A DNA stretch of 64,000 nucleotides from a virus (taxonomy: Duplodnaviria; Caudoviricetes): the IMG/VR virus record IMGVR_UViG_3300028887_000078. The stretch is one strand, 5' to 3'. Below are positions 8,011 through 19,100 of this stretch, piece after piece. A program made the translations under genes and the position numbers. The first letter of the stretch is position 1. The number at the start of each line of letters is the position of its first letter. The notes below the pieces were generated by a model. That model saw only the letters and a program-made list of their open reading frames with translations, was not told the origin of the DNA and ran no database searches.

Positions 8011-9211
8011 TATGAACGCATCGAAATACAGTGTGCTTTCAAGCACGAGAATATCTTTCAGGTTGCATTTCAACCTGAACAAGGAATGCTCGGAACCGAA
8101 AGAGCCGTTTGAACTTTCAAGTGACGATTTCTGCGACTGCATAACCACGCCTTTCGCAAATTATGCGAATGCCAAAATAATGCTCGCGGAGGCGCTGAAA
8201 TACATAAAGGGCAACGGGAGTACGGACACGAACTGTTCTGCCGAAATTCGCCTCGAAATGGAGCGGAAATTGTGCCCTGTCTACAGGATGAACGTCTGCA
8301 AGTTTATACTTTCATTCGATGAGGATTGTGCATACAGACTTTTTCCTGAACGCAAGGGTGTTGTCGGTGCGATGAGCATCAGGCGTGCGCTCGATGTGTG
8401 CGATGTCCCCGACGGTATGAGTTTCTATGACAGGTGCTGCGACAAGAATGTCCTTTCAGGAAACCTGTACGGGATTGACCTTTCCGATATGGATGAAAAC
8501 ACCATATCAATACGTTATTGCGGAGGAAGGGGTTATGAGGACAAATATATGGAGTTGTCCGCATTTATAGACCACTGTATAACGAATGTCTATGCAATCG
8601 TTTCGGAACCCGCGTACAGTGTGGGTGAGATTGACGAACTGCGTGACATAACCGAACGGAGAAAATCGTTCTCCGAAGCGTTTGTTGAGTATGACGCTTT
8701 CAAAAAGATGTTCCCGAAGGTGAATGTGCTTGTCGACCTTTACGACATAAAGGGTATGGAGAGCGTGTATTGGTCTCTGATAAGGGACAGAGTCCGCGAC
8801 ATTATGGTTCAGATACAGGCGGACAAAAAGACTTCCCTCACCATCAACTACGACACGGATTGCAGTGTGCTCCAACTGAAGAACTGTGAAGTGAAATATG
8901 CCGCAGGACTCATCGGCGTCGATATGATTGACTGCGAGGTTTCCGGACTTGTTTCGAGTTGCTCTATGTATACTTGCGACGTGAAGGACGCGGTGCTCAA
9001 TTTCTGCACCTGTTTCAGTAACACCCACATAGAGGGGAGTTATGTTTCCGACACCTATCTGTCGGACGGCACGAAATGCACCGATTGCAGGATATTCGGC
9101 GATTCGACGATAAGCGGCACATACGAGAAATGCAAACTTGGAGACGGTGTGAAGTATATGAAGCACACAAAGTTCAAGCATACACCGAAAGGAAATGCGG
9201 TTGAAATATAA
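8003..9211 (+). CDS. Phage amidoligase-like protein with C-terminal beta-helix
   Basis: LYGID...ISIRYCGGRGYE resembles the amidoligase (Y)xEFRxxGGxxY motif; Cys/Ser-rich short repeats at the C-terminus. Confidence 0.45.
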   Translation: MNNMNASKYSVLSSTRISFRLHFNLNKECSEPKEPFELSSDDFCDCITTPFANYANAKIMLAEALKYIKGNGSTDTNCSAEIRLEMERKLCPVYRMNVCKFILSFDEDCAYRLFPERKGVVGAMSIRRALDVCDVPDGMSFYDRCCDKNVLSGNLYGIDLSDMDENTISIRYCGGRGYEDKYMELSAFIDHCITNVYAIVSEPAYSVGEIDELRDITERRKSFSEAFVEYDAFKKMFPKVNVLVDLYDIKGMESVYWSLIRDRVRDIMVQIQADKKTSLTINYDTDCSVLQLKNCEVKYAAGLIGVDMIDCEVSGLVSSCSMYTCDVKDAVLNFCTCFSNTHIEGSYVSDTYLSDGTKCTDCRIFGDSTISGTYEKCKLGDGVKYMKHTKFKHTPKGNAVEI

Positions 9212-9215
9212 GAAA

Positions 9216-9242
9216 AAAACGCAGGTCATTCGCCTGCGTTTT
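9216..9242. terminator. Bidirectional hairpin terminator
   Basis: AAAACGCAGG / CCTGCGTTTT between convergent genes. Confidence 0.6.
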
Positions 9243-9918
9243 CCTTTTTTGTCTTTTTCTCTTTTGTCTCCTTGTGTCGTTTGGCGTATTCGTCAATCAG
9301 GGAGTCCACTATTTTGTGCCTGTGGTTCTCTTTGAGTTCTATTGAGACCATCCCGTCAACTCTTTCCGCACAAGAGGCAATGAACGCGAACCCGCTATCG
9401 TTCTTGTGCTTCAGGTCGATTTGTGATATGTCCCCGCAGATTATCATTCTTGAGCCGATACCGAGTCGTGTTACAATCATCTCCATCTGTTCGTCGGTGA
9501 TGTTCTGTGCCTCGTCAACGATGACACAGGCGTCCAAAAATGTTATGCCCCTCATAAACGACACGGGGACGATTTCAAGCGTGCCGTCGTTCAACCATTG
9601 TTCCACCAAAAACCTTCTGTTCTTCCCAAGCAGTGTATAGAAGTTTTGGTAGATGGGTTGAATCCACGGGTCGAGTTTGTCCCTTATGTCGCCTGGCAGG
9701 AAACCGATGTCCTCCTTCGACACCGTTGGTCTCGTGACCACGATTTTGGAAAACTCCTTTTTCATAAGTCCGTCGAGGGCGACCTGACAGGCAAGCAGGG
9801 TTTTCCCCGAACCCGCCTTTCCGTGAAGTACGGTGATTGCATTGGACAGCAACACCTTTTTCGCCGACTTCTGTTCCTCGTTCAGCGAAATGTCGAATTT
9901 GACGTTTTTTTCTGTCAT
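9226..9918 (-). CDS. phoH: PhoH-family ATPase
   Basis: GKAGSGKT, VTRP, GFLPG, FMRG.TF, DEAQN, GDISQID, RH motifs. Confidence 0.95.
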   Translation of the reverse strand: MTEKNVKFDISLNEEQKSAKKVLLSNAITVLHGKAGSGKTLLACQVALDGLMKKEFSKIVVTRPTVSKEDIGFLPGDIRDKLDPWIQPIYQNFYTLLGKNRRFLVEQWLNDGTLEIVPVSFMRGITFLDACVIVDEAQNITDEQMEMIVTRLGIGSRMIICGDISQIDLKHKNDSGFAFIASCAERVDGMVSIELKENHRHKIVDSLIDEYAKRHKETKEKKTKKENAGE

Positions 9919-9937
9919 AGAATGAAATATTGTTCGG

Positions 9938-10876
9938 TTAGTGCAGCATTGCGATATTGGTGCAGGGTATCACATACTCGGCGCCCATCTCCTCCGCATC
10001 AGTTTCCAAGAATTTCAGTCTGAAAACGGCATACAACGCTGTTTTCGGTATTTCGGAGAGTTTGTCGCCCACATAGCATATCCTGACTTTCCCTTGGTCT
10101 GTTATGCCTTTCGTGCAGGTTATCTCAATCCTTGATATTTCCGCCACGCTGCTTTCATTGTATGGCGTGGTGGAAGCTATCTTCAAAACCGCCTCCCCTT
10201 TGTCTATGACGTCTATCAACGGCGTGGTCTGACCTATTAGGGTTGCGTTCGGCATACCGTTCACCTCGCATACGCAGTCCGCTTCCTTTCCCTCGACAGG
10301 GGTTATCTTTATGGCAAGGTCGGAGGTGTATTTGATTGGGTTGAAAAGTATGTACCCGAACTGCGTGCATTCCCCGTTGTCCTTTCCTATGACGATTGCG
10401 TCGTAATCGTCGGGACACACCTCGCTGTCCGAATCGGTGACCGTGGTGTTGAATGTTTCAAAGAACGTGTTGTCGTCATAGTGTTCCCAAAAGTTCTTCG
10501 GTGTTATGTCGAAGAGGTTTCCGTCGTATTTCTTTTGCAGGAATGTTATGATTCCGTCGCTCCTCACCCCGCCCTGTGTCGTCATAAACATAACAGGACA
10601 GTCGTATTCGTTGTTGAACGTGATGTCGAGGTAATCAAGTCTTGAGGTGTCGAGCGGTTGTCCGTCCTTTCCGAGAATGAATATGTCTTGGCAGTAGCGG
10701 AGTCCGCCATACAGGTCGGGTATGCAAGGCACATATACGGAAAACCCCTTGCATTTTGAAGTTCCGCCGCACCCCTTGTCGTTATATACATTCGGCAGGA
10801 CTGTCTTTACAGTCTGCACGGTCGTTGTCGTGCCGTATCCGTTTGATGTCACGGTTGTTGTCGTCGTAGTGCTCAT
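9938..10876 (-). CDS. Late hypothetical (probable structural) protein
   Basis: 312-aa ORF with Thr-rich N-terminus, in the operon behind TATAAATA (11090-11097, minus). Confidence 0.6.
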   Translation of the reverse strand: MSTTTTTTVTSNGYGTTTTVQTVKTVLPNVYNDKGCGGTSKCKGFSVYVPCIPDLYGGLRYCQDIFILGKDGQPLDTSRLDYLDITFNNEYDCPVMFMTTQGGVRSDGIITFLQKKYDGNLFDITPKNFWEHYDDNTFFETFNTTVTDSDSEVCPDDYDAIVIGKDNGECTQFGYILFNPIKYTSDLAIKITPVEGKEADCVCEVNGMPNATLIGQTTPLIDVIDKGEAVLKIASTTPYNESSVAEISRIEITCTKGITDQGKVRICYVGDKLSEIPKTALYAVFRLKFLETDAEEMGAEYVIPCTNIAMLH

Positions 10877-11088
10877 TGCTGTGGTGTAATATGCAGTATG
10901 GAAGTCGTAAGTTCTGGCATTTCAGCGTATATGGTGTATTTGTCGGAAATTGAGTGTATTATGTACTTTCCCGACTCTCTCCTGTAGTCGGCGTTTTTGA
11001 AAACTTTCACGCAGGTGAAGTTTTGGTTGTATAGTTCTATGTCGGTGCCGTTTTTCCTTATGAACATTTCCATCATTATTCCTTTCAC
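10873..11088 (-). CDS. Hypothetical protein
   Basis: About 70-aa ORF with ATGA coupling to the next gene. Confidence 0.55.
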   Translation of the reverse strand: MKGIMMEMFIRKNGTDIELYNQNFTCVKVFKNADYRRESGKYIIHSISDKYTIYAEMPELTTSILHITPQQ

Positions 11089-11166
11089 TTATTTATAGGG
11101 CGCGCGGAGAGCAGACCACGATGAATGCACCCATATAAATAATGGGTGAATATTTACAAATGAACT

Positions 11167-11991
11167 ATGACAAAGATATTGAGAATCGACGAATTTGTCT
11201 CATCACACATAAATGAAATGGTGGTGAAACCGTATGATGGCAACCTCCGTCCGAAAACGACAGATGAATTGAAACACATCATAGAAGACAGAATCAATCA
11301 GATGGGCGAAAACTGCGACCTGAATGACATTGATGTCAGCGCGCTTACCGATATGAGTTATTTGTTCTATGGTTCCAAATTCAACGGCGACATCTCACAA
11401 TGGGATGTGTCTAACGTGATAAATATGAATGATATGTTTAGATTCTCCAAATTCAACGGGGACATATCAAAATGGAATGTTTCAAAGGTGGAATATATGG
11501 AAAGTATGTTCGATAAGTCCGATTTCAACGGGGACATATCAAAATGGGACGTTTCAAACGTGACGGATATGAACAATATGTTTTACCATTCCAAATTTAA
11601 TGGGGACATATCAAAATGGAATGTTTCAAAGGTGGAATATATGTTTTATATGTTTGAAAATTCCGATTTCAACGGGGACATTTCCAAATGGGATGTGTCA
11701 AATGTGAAAGATATGGAAGGTATGTTTACCGATTCCAATTTCAACGGAGACATTTCCAAATGGAATGTCTCAAAGGTGAAAAATATGTATGGTATGTTTT
11801 GGGGTTCCAAGTTCAACGGGGACATATCAAAATGGAATGTTTCAAAGGTGAGAGATATGTATGGTATGTTTTATGGTTCCAAGTTCAACGGCGACATTTC
11901 CAAATGGAATGTTTCAAAGGTGACAAAAAAGAAAGATATGTTCAAAAATTCCCCATTGGAAAGTAATCCGCCCGCTTGGTATAGGCAATAG
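11167..11991 (+). CDS. DUF285/BspA-like repeat protein with propeptide-like leader
   Basis: Eight 22-aa repeats MF..S.FNGDISKW(D/N)VS(N/K)V; N-terminus MTKILRIDEF...INE; TATAAATA upstream. Confidence 0.9.
   Translation: MTKILRIDEFVSSHINEMVVKPYDGNLRPKTTDELKHIIEDRINQMGENCDLNDIDVSALTDMSYLFYGSKFNGDISQWDVSNVINMNDMFRFSKFNGDISKWNVSKVEYMESMFDKSDFNGDISKWDVSNVTDMNNMFYHSKFNGDISKWNVSKVEYMFYMFENSDFNGDISKWDVSNVKDMEGMFTDSNFNGDISKWNVSKVKNMYGMFWGSKFNGDISKWNVSKVRDMYGMFYGSKFNGDISKWNVSKVTKKKDMFKNSPLESNPPAWYRQ
11365..11925 (+). repeat. 66-bp coding tandem repeat (8 units)
   Basis: Recurrent TTCAACGGNGACATNTCNAAATGGNATGTNTCAAA. Confidence 0.9.
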
Positions 11992-12025
11992 TACAATCGA
12001 AGAAAAATACCAATATGCAGCGATA

Positions 12026-12607
12026 ATGAAAATCTTGACATACGAAAGTTTTTCCGCAATCAATGAATCAATCCGCTCGAAGATATTCAAGAACGGAATG
12101 TCCGTAGTGTATTCAAATGACGGCAGCGAGGGTGGTTACAGGCATTATCTCTGCATTACGGAAAAGGACGACATTCTTAAAGTCATAGACGATTTGAAAT
12201 GGGATTCCGATGTCGACGACACGAGAAAACTTGAAATGAAAGATGAAAAATACGGAGTGCTTGTCCATTCGTTTGAAAATGGCGCGGACTGCGTTCTTAT
12301 AAGCGAGGTCATTGTGAACAACATCCTCTACATCTACGACACGAAACTGAAAGTGTCCGACTGCATAAAGGACGGATATATCAAAGATATATCGGACAAA
12401 TGCAACATCGACAACCTTGTCTATGAAAAGGATGTGGACTATTCAAAGATAGTGACTGCGGAACCTGAAGCGCCGTACTTCAACTATGGTTACAGATTCA
12501 ACGATTGGAGCGGAATATCAAGAGGCGACGACACCTATGACATAAACCTCCCGTACGGGGTAAGACGTGGCGTTTCTATGCGTATGCCGAATCCATTGTT
12601 CACATAG
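12026..12607 (+). CDS. Hypothetical protein with capsid-targeting-like leader
   Basis: MKILTYESF...INES N-terminus. Confidence 0.65.
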   Translation: MKILTYESFSAINESIRSKIFKNGMSVVYSNDGSEGGYRHYLCITEKDDILKVIDDLKWDSDVDDTRKLEMKDEKYGVLVHSFENGADCVLISEVIVNNILYIYDTKLKVSDCIKDGYIKDISDKCNIDNLVYEKDVDYSKIVTAEPEAPYFNYGYRFNDWSGISRGDDTYDINLPYGVRRGVSMRMPNPLFT

Positions 12608-12628
12608 AATATAAATGAAATCGGAATT

Positions 12629-13519
12629 ATGAAGGTTTTGAACATTGAGCAATATGACAATATGATTAACGAGAAGTTAATCACCTTCAACGGGAAGGCG
12701 TATCCGAAATACAACCAAATTGTGATTGTGTGCGGAGGCGGTGGAAGCGGCAAGGGATTCGTGGTCAAGAATGTTCTTGGAATCGACGCGAAGGTTCTGA
12801 ATGTTGACGACATAAAGGACGTTCTTGTAAAGATGAAATCCGACGGGGAATTGTCAAAGAAGTTTGAAGACAAATATGGAAAACCGCTCGACAAGGTTGA
12901 TATGACTGTCCCGAAGGACGTTTCAGACCTCCACGAATTTGTCGGTGACAACAGATACGCGGAAAGAATGCACGACATTGTGTTCCAACAGCAGGTTGGC
13001 AAAAAGGACAAGGACAACATCCTCTTCGACGTCACGTTGAAAAACTACCCGAAGGTGGAGGACATCGCCAGACTTGCTGGCATCGGAGGTTATGACATCA
13101 ACAATATACATCTTGTTTGGGTTCTGAATAATTTTGACACGGCAGTCAAACAGAATGACAGCAGGGCAAGGAAGGTAGACCCGTCAATACTGAAAAAGAC
13201 GCATATCGGTTGTGCAAACCAAATGCACAGGATTTTGAGATACAGTGACGGACACAATCTTGTCGGCGGTGACGTGTGGATTTATTTCGGGAGCACGAAC
13301 ACAGGTGACGCAAAAATGGCGAACTCGCAGAATGGCGGCAAATACATAACCGATTTCTGCGCAGTGAAGTGCAAGTCCGCAGGCAAGGACTTCGAGGACT
13401 ATGACGAACTTATGTCGAAGAAAGTGAAAGTCTATGACAAGGACGGCAACGAGGTAGGTGAGGTGACGTTGAAGGACAAGATAAACAAGTACATCCCACT
13501 TGAAAGCGAGAGGTTTTAG
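12629..13519 (+). CDS. P-loop kinase (zeta-toxin/AAA_33-like) with capsid-targeting-like leader
   Basis: GGGGSGKG Walker A, LNVDD, LFDVT, lid NxxRxRxV; MKVLNIEQY...INE leader. Confidence 0.75.
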   Translation: MKVLNIEQYDNMINEKLITFNGKAYPKYNQIVIVCGGGGSGKGFVVKNVLGIDAKVLNVDDIKDVLVKMKSDGELSKKFEDKYGKPLDKVDMTVPKDVSDLHEFVGDNRYAERMHDIVFQQQVGKKDKDNILFDVTLKNYPKVEDIARLAGIGGYDINNIHLVWVLNNFDTAVKQNDSRARKVDPSILKKTHIGCANQMHRILRYSDGHNLVGGDVWIYFGSTNTGDAKMANSQNGGKYITDFCAVKCKSAGKDFEDYDELMSKKVKVYDKDGNEVGEVTLKDKINKYIPLESERF

Positions 13520-13550
13520 ACATTGCGTTTTTCAAAACATATAAATATAA

Positions 13551-13576
13551 TCACGGGGCAGTTCCCGTGATTTTTG
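13551..13576 (+). terminator. Intrinsic terminator-like hairpin
   Basis: TCACGGG / CCCGTGA followed by a T-run. Confidence 0.5.
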
Positions 13577-13598
13577 TTTAACTTAAAACACATTCTAT

Positions 13599-13916
13599 AT
13601 GAAAAAAGTAATGGATTTTCTGAACAGGTGGGGTGTTGTCATCATTATGTCCTTCCTGTTTTTGATTTTAATCAAAGACTGCTCGAACGGAAACAGAATC
13701 AAGCGTTTTGAAAAAAAGCAGACAGAAGCGGTTTCCAAAATAGAAACCCGTGTGGACAGTCTGTCGAAACACCAAGTCACGTATACAGACCTCCGCATAG
13801 AGGGGTTGAAATCGGAAAAGCGTATGATACAGTCCTGTGACAGGAAGAAGTTCGACCTTGACAGGGAGAACCAAATTGACAGGGAAATCGCCGCACTTGA
13901 AGAAAAAAGAAAATAA
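13599..13916 (+). CDS. Membrane-anchored coiled-coil protein
   Basis: N-terminal hydrophobic helix followed by a charged coil; late promoter upstream. Confidence 0.6.
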   Translation: MKKVMDFLNRWGVVIIMSFLFLILIKDCSNGNRIKRFEKKQTEAVSKIETRVDSLSKHQVTYTDLRIEGLKSEKRMIQSCDRKKFDLDRENQIDREIAALEEKRK

Positions 13917-13918
13917 CA

Positions 13919-14698
13919 ATGGCAACGAGGATAGAGCAACTCGCTTCAAATTCAACGATGTATTACAGAGGGGACGTCTGTCTTGAGATAAGTCCGTTCA
14001 CCAACTATTATATGTTCACCATATACAGGGAGAGCAGTGACAGCAGCGTGGACGATTCGGTTCCGCTCGACCTTACCAATCTCGGACGTGTGTATCTGTC
14101 GTTCATAAACGGAGGGGAGAAAATCCGCATACCCAACTACACGCTTGCCGAAAATGTGGATATGGCGAACGGCGAGGTTGCGTTCAGAATATCCTCGGAA
14201 GAGGCGGAACGCATATTGAATTTTTCAAACCGCACGTTCTATATAAGCACCGCAATAGGGGACGGTTCGGCGTCGTCTGATGAAACAGTGCTCTACAGCG
14301 GTCAGTGGAACGATTATGCAAGTGCTATGCAAAGTTCGCTCACGGACACGATAACCTCTTTGAACGGAACCATAACCGAATTGAACACGAGGATTTCGGA
14401 AATAACCGACTCCTATGAATTGAGGATTTCCGAACTTGAGAACGAACTGCTTGCCAAGCAGTCGGAAATCGACGCGCTGAACGCAAGTGTTTCCGAACTT
14501 GAGGGGCGGCTTGAACAATATGGCGGGGAATATATTGAAGCGACAATCGTCAATGAAAACCAAAACACAAACAGAATCGCCATAAGCAAGGAAAAGTTCA
14601 ATGTGGCACAGGACATAAATATAAGTGCAAGTGCGCTTGAACAGACGGACATCAAGTCCTATTTTTCAAAAACAGATTTGACCAAGAAAAAATTATGA
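13919..14698 (+). CDS. Probable structural protein (beta domain plus coiled coil)
   Basis: 259 aa with heptad repeats in the C-terminal half. Confidence 0.55.
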   Translation: MATRIEQLASNSTMYYRGDVCLEISPFTNYYMFTIYRESSDSSVDDSVPLDLTNLGRVYLSFINGGEKIRIPNYTLAENVDMANGEVAFRISSEEAERILNFSNRTFYISTAIGDGSASSDETVLYSGQWNDYASAMQSSLTDTITSLNGTITELNTRISEITDSYELRISELENELLAKQSEIDALNASVSELEGRLEQYGGEYIEATIVNENQNTNRIAISKEKFNVAQDINISASALEQTDIKSYFSKTDLTKKKL

Positions 14699-15339
14699 CA
14701 TTCGTAGGAATAGACTTTTCATTAAATTCGCCCGGTATGTGCATCGAATATAACGAGCGCATCCGCTTTTTCTCGTTTTTCAACACAGAGGGTTGTGAAT
14801 GGGACAGACCAAACCCGTTGAAGAAATTTGCACACCACAACGCGATAAAGGATTTTGTTACAATGGTTCCATACACAAGGACAAAGACGGACAAGAACAC
14901 TCCCTATGCGGAAGAACAGTCTGCAAAAATGAAGGACGCCGTTATGATTGCGGACATCATCACTTCCACGATACAGAACAACGTCATAGGAGAGGTGATG
15001 TTTTCGCTTGAGGGGTTTGCCTATCAGAGTTCAGGCGCGTCGTTCATTGACCTCATCCTGTTCAATTCATTTCTCCGAAAGGAGATTGTGCAGCAATGGG
15101 GGTATGACAGGTTGGTCATAGTGGCGCCGTCCGCGGCAAAGAAACTTGCAGGAAAGGGAAATGCAGACAAGGAATATATGATTGGGGCGTTCAAGAACAA
15201 CAAACTGAACGACGCAAAACTTTCGGACACAGGACTGTTCCGATATATTCAAGATATATCGGACTTCAAAAATGTGAAACCGATTGACGACATCGTTGAC
15301 AGTTATTTCATTATGAAAGCACAAAACATACAGAGATGA
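14695..15339 (+). CDS. RuvC-like Holliday junction resolvase
   Basis: GIDFSLNSPG, LEGFAY, P...KK..G.GNA.K..M, DDIVDSY. Confidence 0.85.
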   Translation: MTFVGIDFSLNSPGMCIEYNERIRFFSFFNTEGCEWDRPNPLKKFAHHNAIKDFVTMVPYTRTKTDKNTPYAEEQSAKMKDAVMIADIITSTIQNNVIGEVMFSLEGFAYQSSGASFIDLILFNSFLRKEIVQQWGYDRLVIVAPSAAKKLAGKGNADKEYMIGAFKNNKLNDAKLSDTGLFRYIQDISDFKNVKPIDDIVDSYFIMKAQNIQR

Positions 15340-16052
15340 TAGGTATAGTCGAAGATAACCTCGACCCTGAATGTCAGGGCAGGATTAAGGTCAGGATTTA
15401 TGGCAGAACCGACCAAAAGGAAGATGACGGCAGTTATGTGATTCCTACCGAAATGCTTCCGTGGGCGCTGCCTTCAGGTTGCACAGGCGGCGGCAGTACA
15501 AGCGGGGGATTCATCAGTGCAATTCCGAAAATAGGTTCAATCGTCAGGGTAGAGGGTACATTGAACGTTCCTGTTTACACAGGAAATGTCTATGTTTCGG
15601 ACGAGGTGGTTTCGGAGATACAGGGCAACGGTTACCCAAATTCCCACATACTTGTATATGACACCAATTTGGGGAATGACACAGACAACGTGAGAACAGG
15701 GGAGCACATAAAGGTCTATTTCACGGAAGGGAGCGGTTTTGTCATAGACTATAAGACAGGCGGCGGCAACTCAAGGGTTGAAGTTTCGCCTGAAGGTTCC
15801 ATACAACTGACAGATTCGTCAGGAGGAAAGATAATTATGCACAACGGGGACATAGTCATACAGTCGGACAAGTGCATAACACTCGACGCCCCTGAAATAA
15901 AACTCGGAAAGAACGCGGACGACTATGTTCCGAAAGGGAGGAAGTTCTACGATATGGTGAAGTCGCACGTCCACGAACAGGGTTCGGCAGAGACAAGCGA
16001 ACCCCTACAACTTGTTCCGACGGACATCTATAATACAAAGGTGAAGATATAA
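15336..16052 (+). CDS. Baseplate hub/central spike (T4 gp5 N-terminal OB-fold-like)
   Basis: GIVEDNLDP...GRIKVRI, LPWA.P, IPKIGS; beta-repeat stalk; terminal HxH. Confidence 0.85.
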   Translation: MIGIVEDNLDPECQGRIKVRIYGRTDQKEDDGSYVIPTEMLPWALPSGCTGGGSTSGGFISAIPKIGSIVRVEGTLNVPVYTGNVYVSDEVVSEIQGNGYPNSHILVYDTNLGNDTDNVRTGEHIKVYFTEGSGFVIDYKTGGGNSRVEVSPEGSIQLTDSSGGKIIMHNGDIVIQSDKCITLDAPEIKLGKNADDYVPKGRKFYDMVKSHVHEQGSAETSEPLQLVPTDIYNTKVKI

Positions 16053-16079
16053 AACTGAATTTCACTCTGTCTTGTGAAG

Positions 16080-16158
16080 CAGAAACGCAGGTGAAATTTC
16101 ACCTGCGTTTCTGTATGAAATAATTCTGAACAAAAAAACCTGCTATTAGCAGGTTTTG
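16080..16158. terminator. Two hairpins between convergent genes
   Basis: Perfect 34-bp palindrome 16080-16113, and AAAACCTGCT/AGCAGGTTTT. Confidence 0.7.
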
Positions 16159-16191
16159 TTTTGTATCGGATTTTTTTCTACGGTTGTCCGT

Positions 16192-19100
16192 TTATGATTT
16201 TAATTTGAGATTTCTTATTGCTTCAGCAAACTCATTCACCGCTTTTTGGAACGCATTGGCGTCGAGTTCCGCTTTCACAGTTTGTGGTCTTTGCGGTTGC
16301 GGTGTAGGAGTCGGTGTGTTCTGTTTTCCAAATAGACCTGTTTTACCGCTTCCGTTTCCGCCTGTTTTACCGCTTCCGTTTCCGCCTGTTCCACCGCTTC
16401 CTCCGCCATTTCCGTTGCTGTTGATGGTTTCAACGATTTCCTCTATGGTTTTCTTTATGTCTTCAAGTGCCTTCGTTGTCTTTGCATTGTCAGCGCTCAC
16501 GAGTTCCCCGAACCCAGCAATCATATCCGCATAGGGTTTCATTATGTCGTTGTTGATGCTGTTGATTGCGTTTGCTATCTTCTGCGTGTTGGAACTGATG
16601 TTGTCGAACACCTTTTCCTTGACTGCGTTCCTCAACGAATCCACGAACTTCTGCGACTTGTCGATATTGTTTCCTGCGCCTGCGAGTTTGTTCATACCTG
16701 TCACGAGTTGGTTCGTGAAGTCGGTGAAGTTCCTGCCGTTGGCGCTTTTTATGTTTGCCGCGGTGTCCGACATATTCTTCACTTTCGTAAGTACCGATGC
16801 GTATTTGTCGGCGATTCCCTTTGACTTGTCGAGGTCGCTTGTCTTGAATGATTTCAGTGTGTATTCAATAGGTTTACTTTTGCTGTAGAAGGTGTACTTG
16901 GTGTCATTTTCCCTTTCAACGAATGTCGTCGCCATTGTCATAATGTTGACTACGGGCTCGAACACGTTCGTCGGGTTTTTTGCAATGTAGTTGAGCGATG
17001 ACTGCTCGGCTGCGAGAGACTTGACGGATTCGCTCACCCCCTTCGCCGCTTTTTTGACGCCTTCCATAACCTTGTCCCATTGCGGTTCGTCGCTGTTTGG
17101 CCAATAAAGCAAACGTCGCAACTGTCCCACTTTTCCGAACTTCGCGGTTGCTTCAGGATAACCGAGTTCTGCTGGTATGAGGTCGAATGATTTTTGCGTA
17201 CCGTCGCTTGTCACGGATGCACCTATCTGTGCGAATGCCGTGAGGGACAACGCTATGGACTGCACGAGTTTCGCGGTGACGTCTATGATTTTGTCGGGTT
17301 TCGCTATTTTGCCCAATGCCTCGAACCCTTCCGCGATGCCTGAAATGATGTCGCCTATTCCCGTCGCCGCGTCGACCGCCATACCGAAATAGGTCTTGCT
17401 CGGCGTTTTCTTCGTCGAGGAACTCGTCGACACACCCGCTCCCCAAAGTTTGACTTCCGCCTTTGACTCGGACTTGGTTTCAATGTCGTACAGCACGCCG
17501 CCGTTCTTTAGCGATTCGCCGAGTTGCCAAAATACAGAGATTGCGCCGCAGGTGAGCATCTGCATATTCCTGACCATTCCGCTTCCGCCGTCCACACCCC
17601 AATCCTTGTTGATTTTGCCTGGTTCCCCTATGTTCTCGATTATTTTCTTGTCGGAAAGCGCCTTCACAATCGCCGCCATACCCTCCATCATCTTGCCGAT
17701 GTTGCCCACGCTTTCAAGCGCTCTCGCCACATCTGTCTTGTGGGTGTTGTAGTTTACGGTTTGTTCAGACGCTTCGTGGACTGCGACCATACCTGCGCCG
17801 ATTTTGCTCGCCCGTGTTTTCGCCTGACCGAGTTTTACATCTATGGACTCGTCGACCGTTCCGAATTTTATAAGCGGTTCCTGTATGCCCGTCAGCAATG
17901 TCGCGACGCCGTTGGCGACGTCGGTAATCCAAGTGTTGTCCTTTGAGTTCACCAAATCCTTGAACTCCTTCATACCGCTCGCTATGTCCTTCAGTGCGTT
18001 GCCGATTCCCTTCACGCTCTTTATTCCCTCCTGAACCGCGTTTTTGCCGCCGACGAAGAATTTGAACAGGTCGCTGTATTTTCTCCCAGATTCCGTTTCA
18101 AGTTTTTCAATCTCCTTGCCCAGCCAAGCGTCGCCAATCATCTTGAACGCGCTTGACACGGAAGTGACGGTTTCCACGACGGCATCCGTGAACTCCTTCA
18201 TATAGGTCGTGCTCTTGAACTTCGTCCCGTAGGTGTCGTAGAACTCCGTAAGACCTTTTGCGATTTCCTTCAGGGCGGTTCCCATTTTCCTCGCTTCAAC
18301 AGCGCCTTTCGCCGCGTCGCTCGGAGTGTATGCCGCCATCGTTCTTCCAAACCATCCTTTCTCAACATCTTCCTTGCCCTTGTTGTTTCCGCCGAGTATG
18401 GAGAATATGTCCCTGACAGCGATGAGGACGGTCGATATTTCGGTTATTTTCGTTATGTCTATGTCGCTGTTCGTCCATTCCTGCATACCTTTCGCGAGGC
18501 GCTTGATTGTTATGCCCGCGGTGGTCATAGCGGACGCGGTCACCTGCATCTGCGCCAAGTTGAACGGGGCGAACATAGACGACGTCATTTTTCCCGCGAA
18601 GCGTTTCAGGAACCCTTTGGTTTCGGTTTCGTCTCCTTTCGGTGTGCCTTGGAAGGCAAGTTTTATCCTGTCTATGGAAAGGCAGAGTATGTCGAGTTTC
18701 TTTTCGTCGATGTTCACGCCGTTCCAATTCTGCAACGCGCGTCCAAGAGACGACAGCGCTCCGCTTATTATCGCTATCGCGGTCGCGGAAGTCGTTATCG
18801 GCGCGAGCTCGAATGCCCCCGTGATTGCTCCGGAGATGGCGCTTCCTATCTTTTTGAAAAACCCCTTTACCCCGCCTCCGCTGTCATCGCCTTTCGGTTT
18901 GCCCATAAACGCGAGTTTCAGTCTGTCTATCGAGATGCAGATGAGGTCGAGTTGGTTTTTGTCGATGTTCGCTTTCGACCATTCTTGCAATGCGAGTCCG
19001 AGTCTTTTCAATGCTCCCGCTATCGTGAAGATTGCCACCGCTCCTATTCCTATTGGAATTGCAAGCGGTGCGAGCAGGGAGAACTCAAGTCCGAATATGC

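Noticed and set aside
11128-11148. Late promoter inside a hairpin (CACCCAT-ATAAATA-ATGGGTG) as a general promoter architecture
   Set aside because: Similar stems appear at only two or three TATAAATA sites; most lack them.
11365-11925. CRISPR array or DGR template/variable repeat
   Set aside because: The repeats are in-frame 66-bp coding units; no cas or reverse transcriptase gene and no adenine-specific TR/VR pair is visible.
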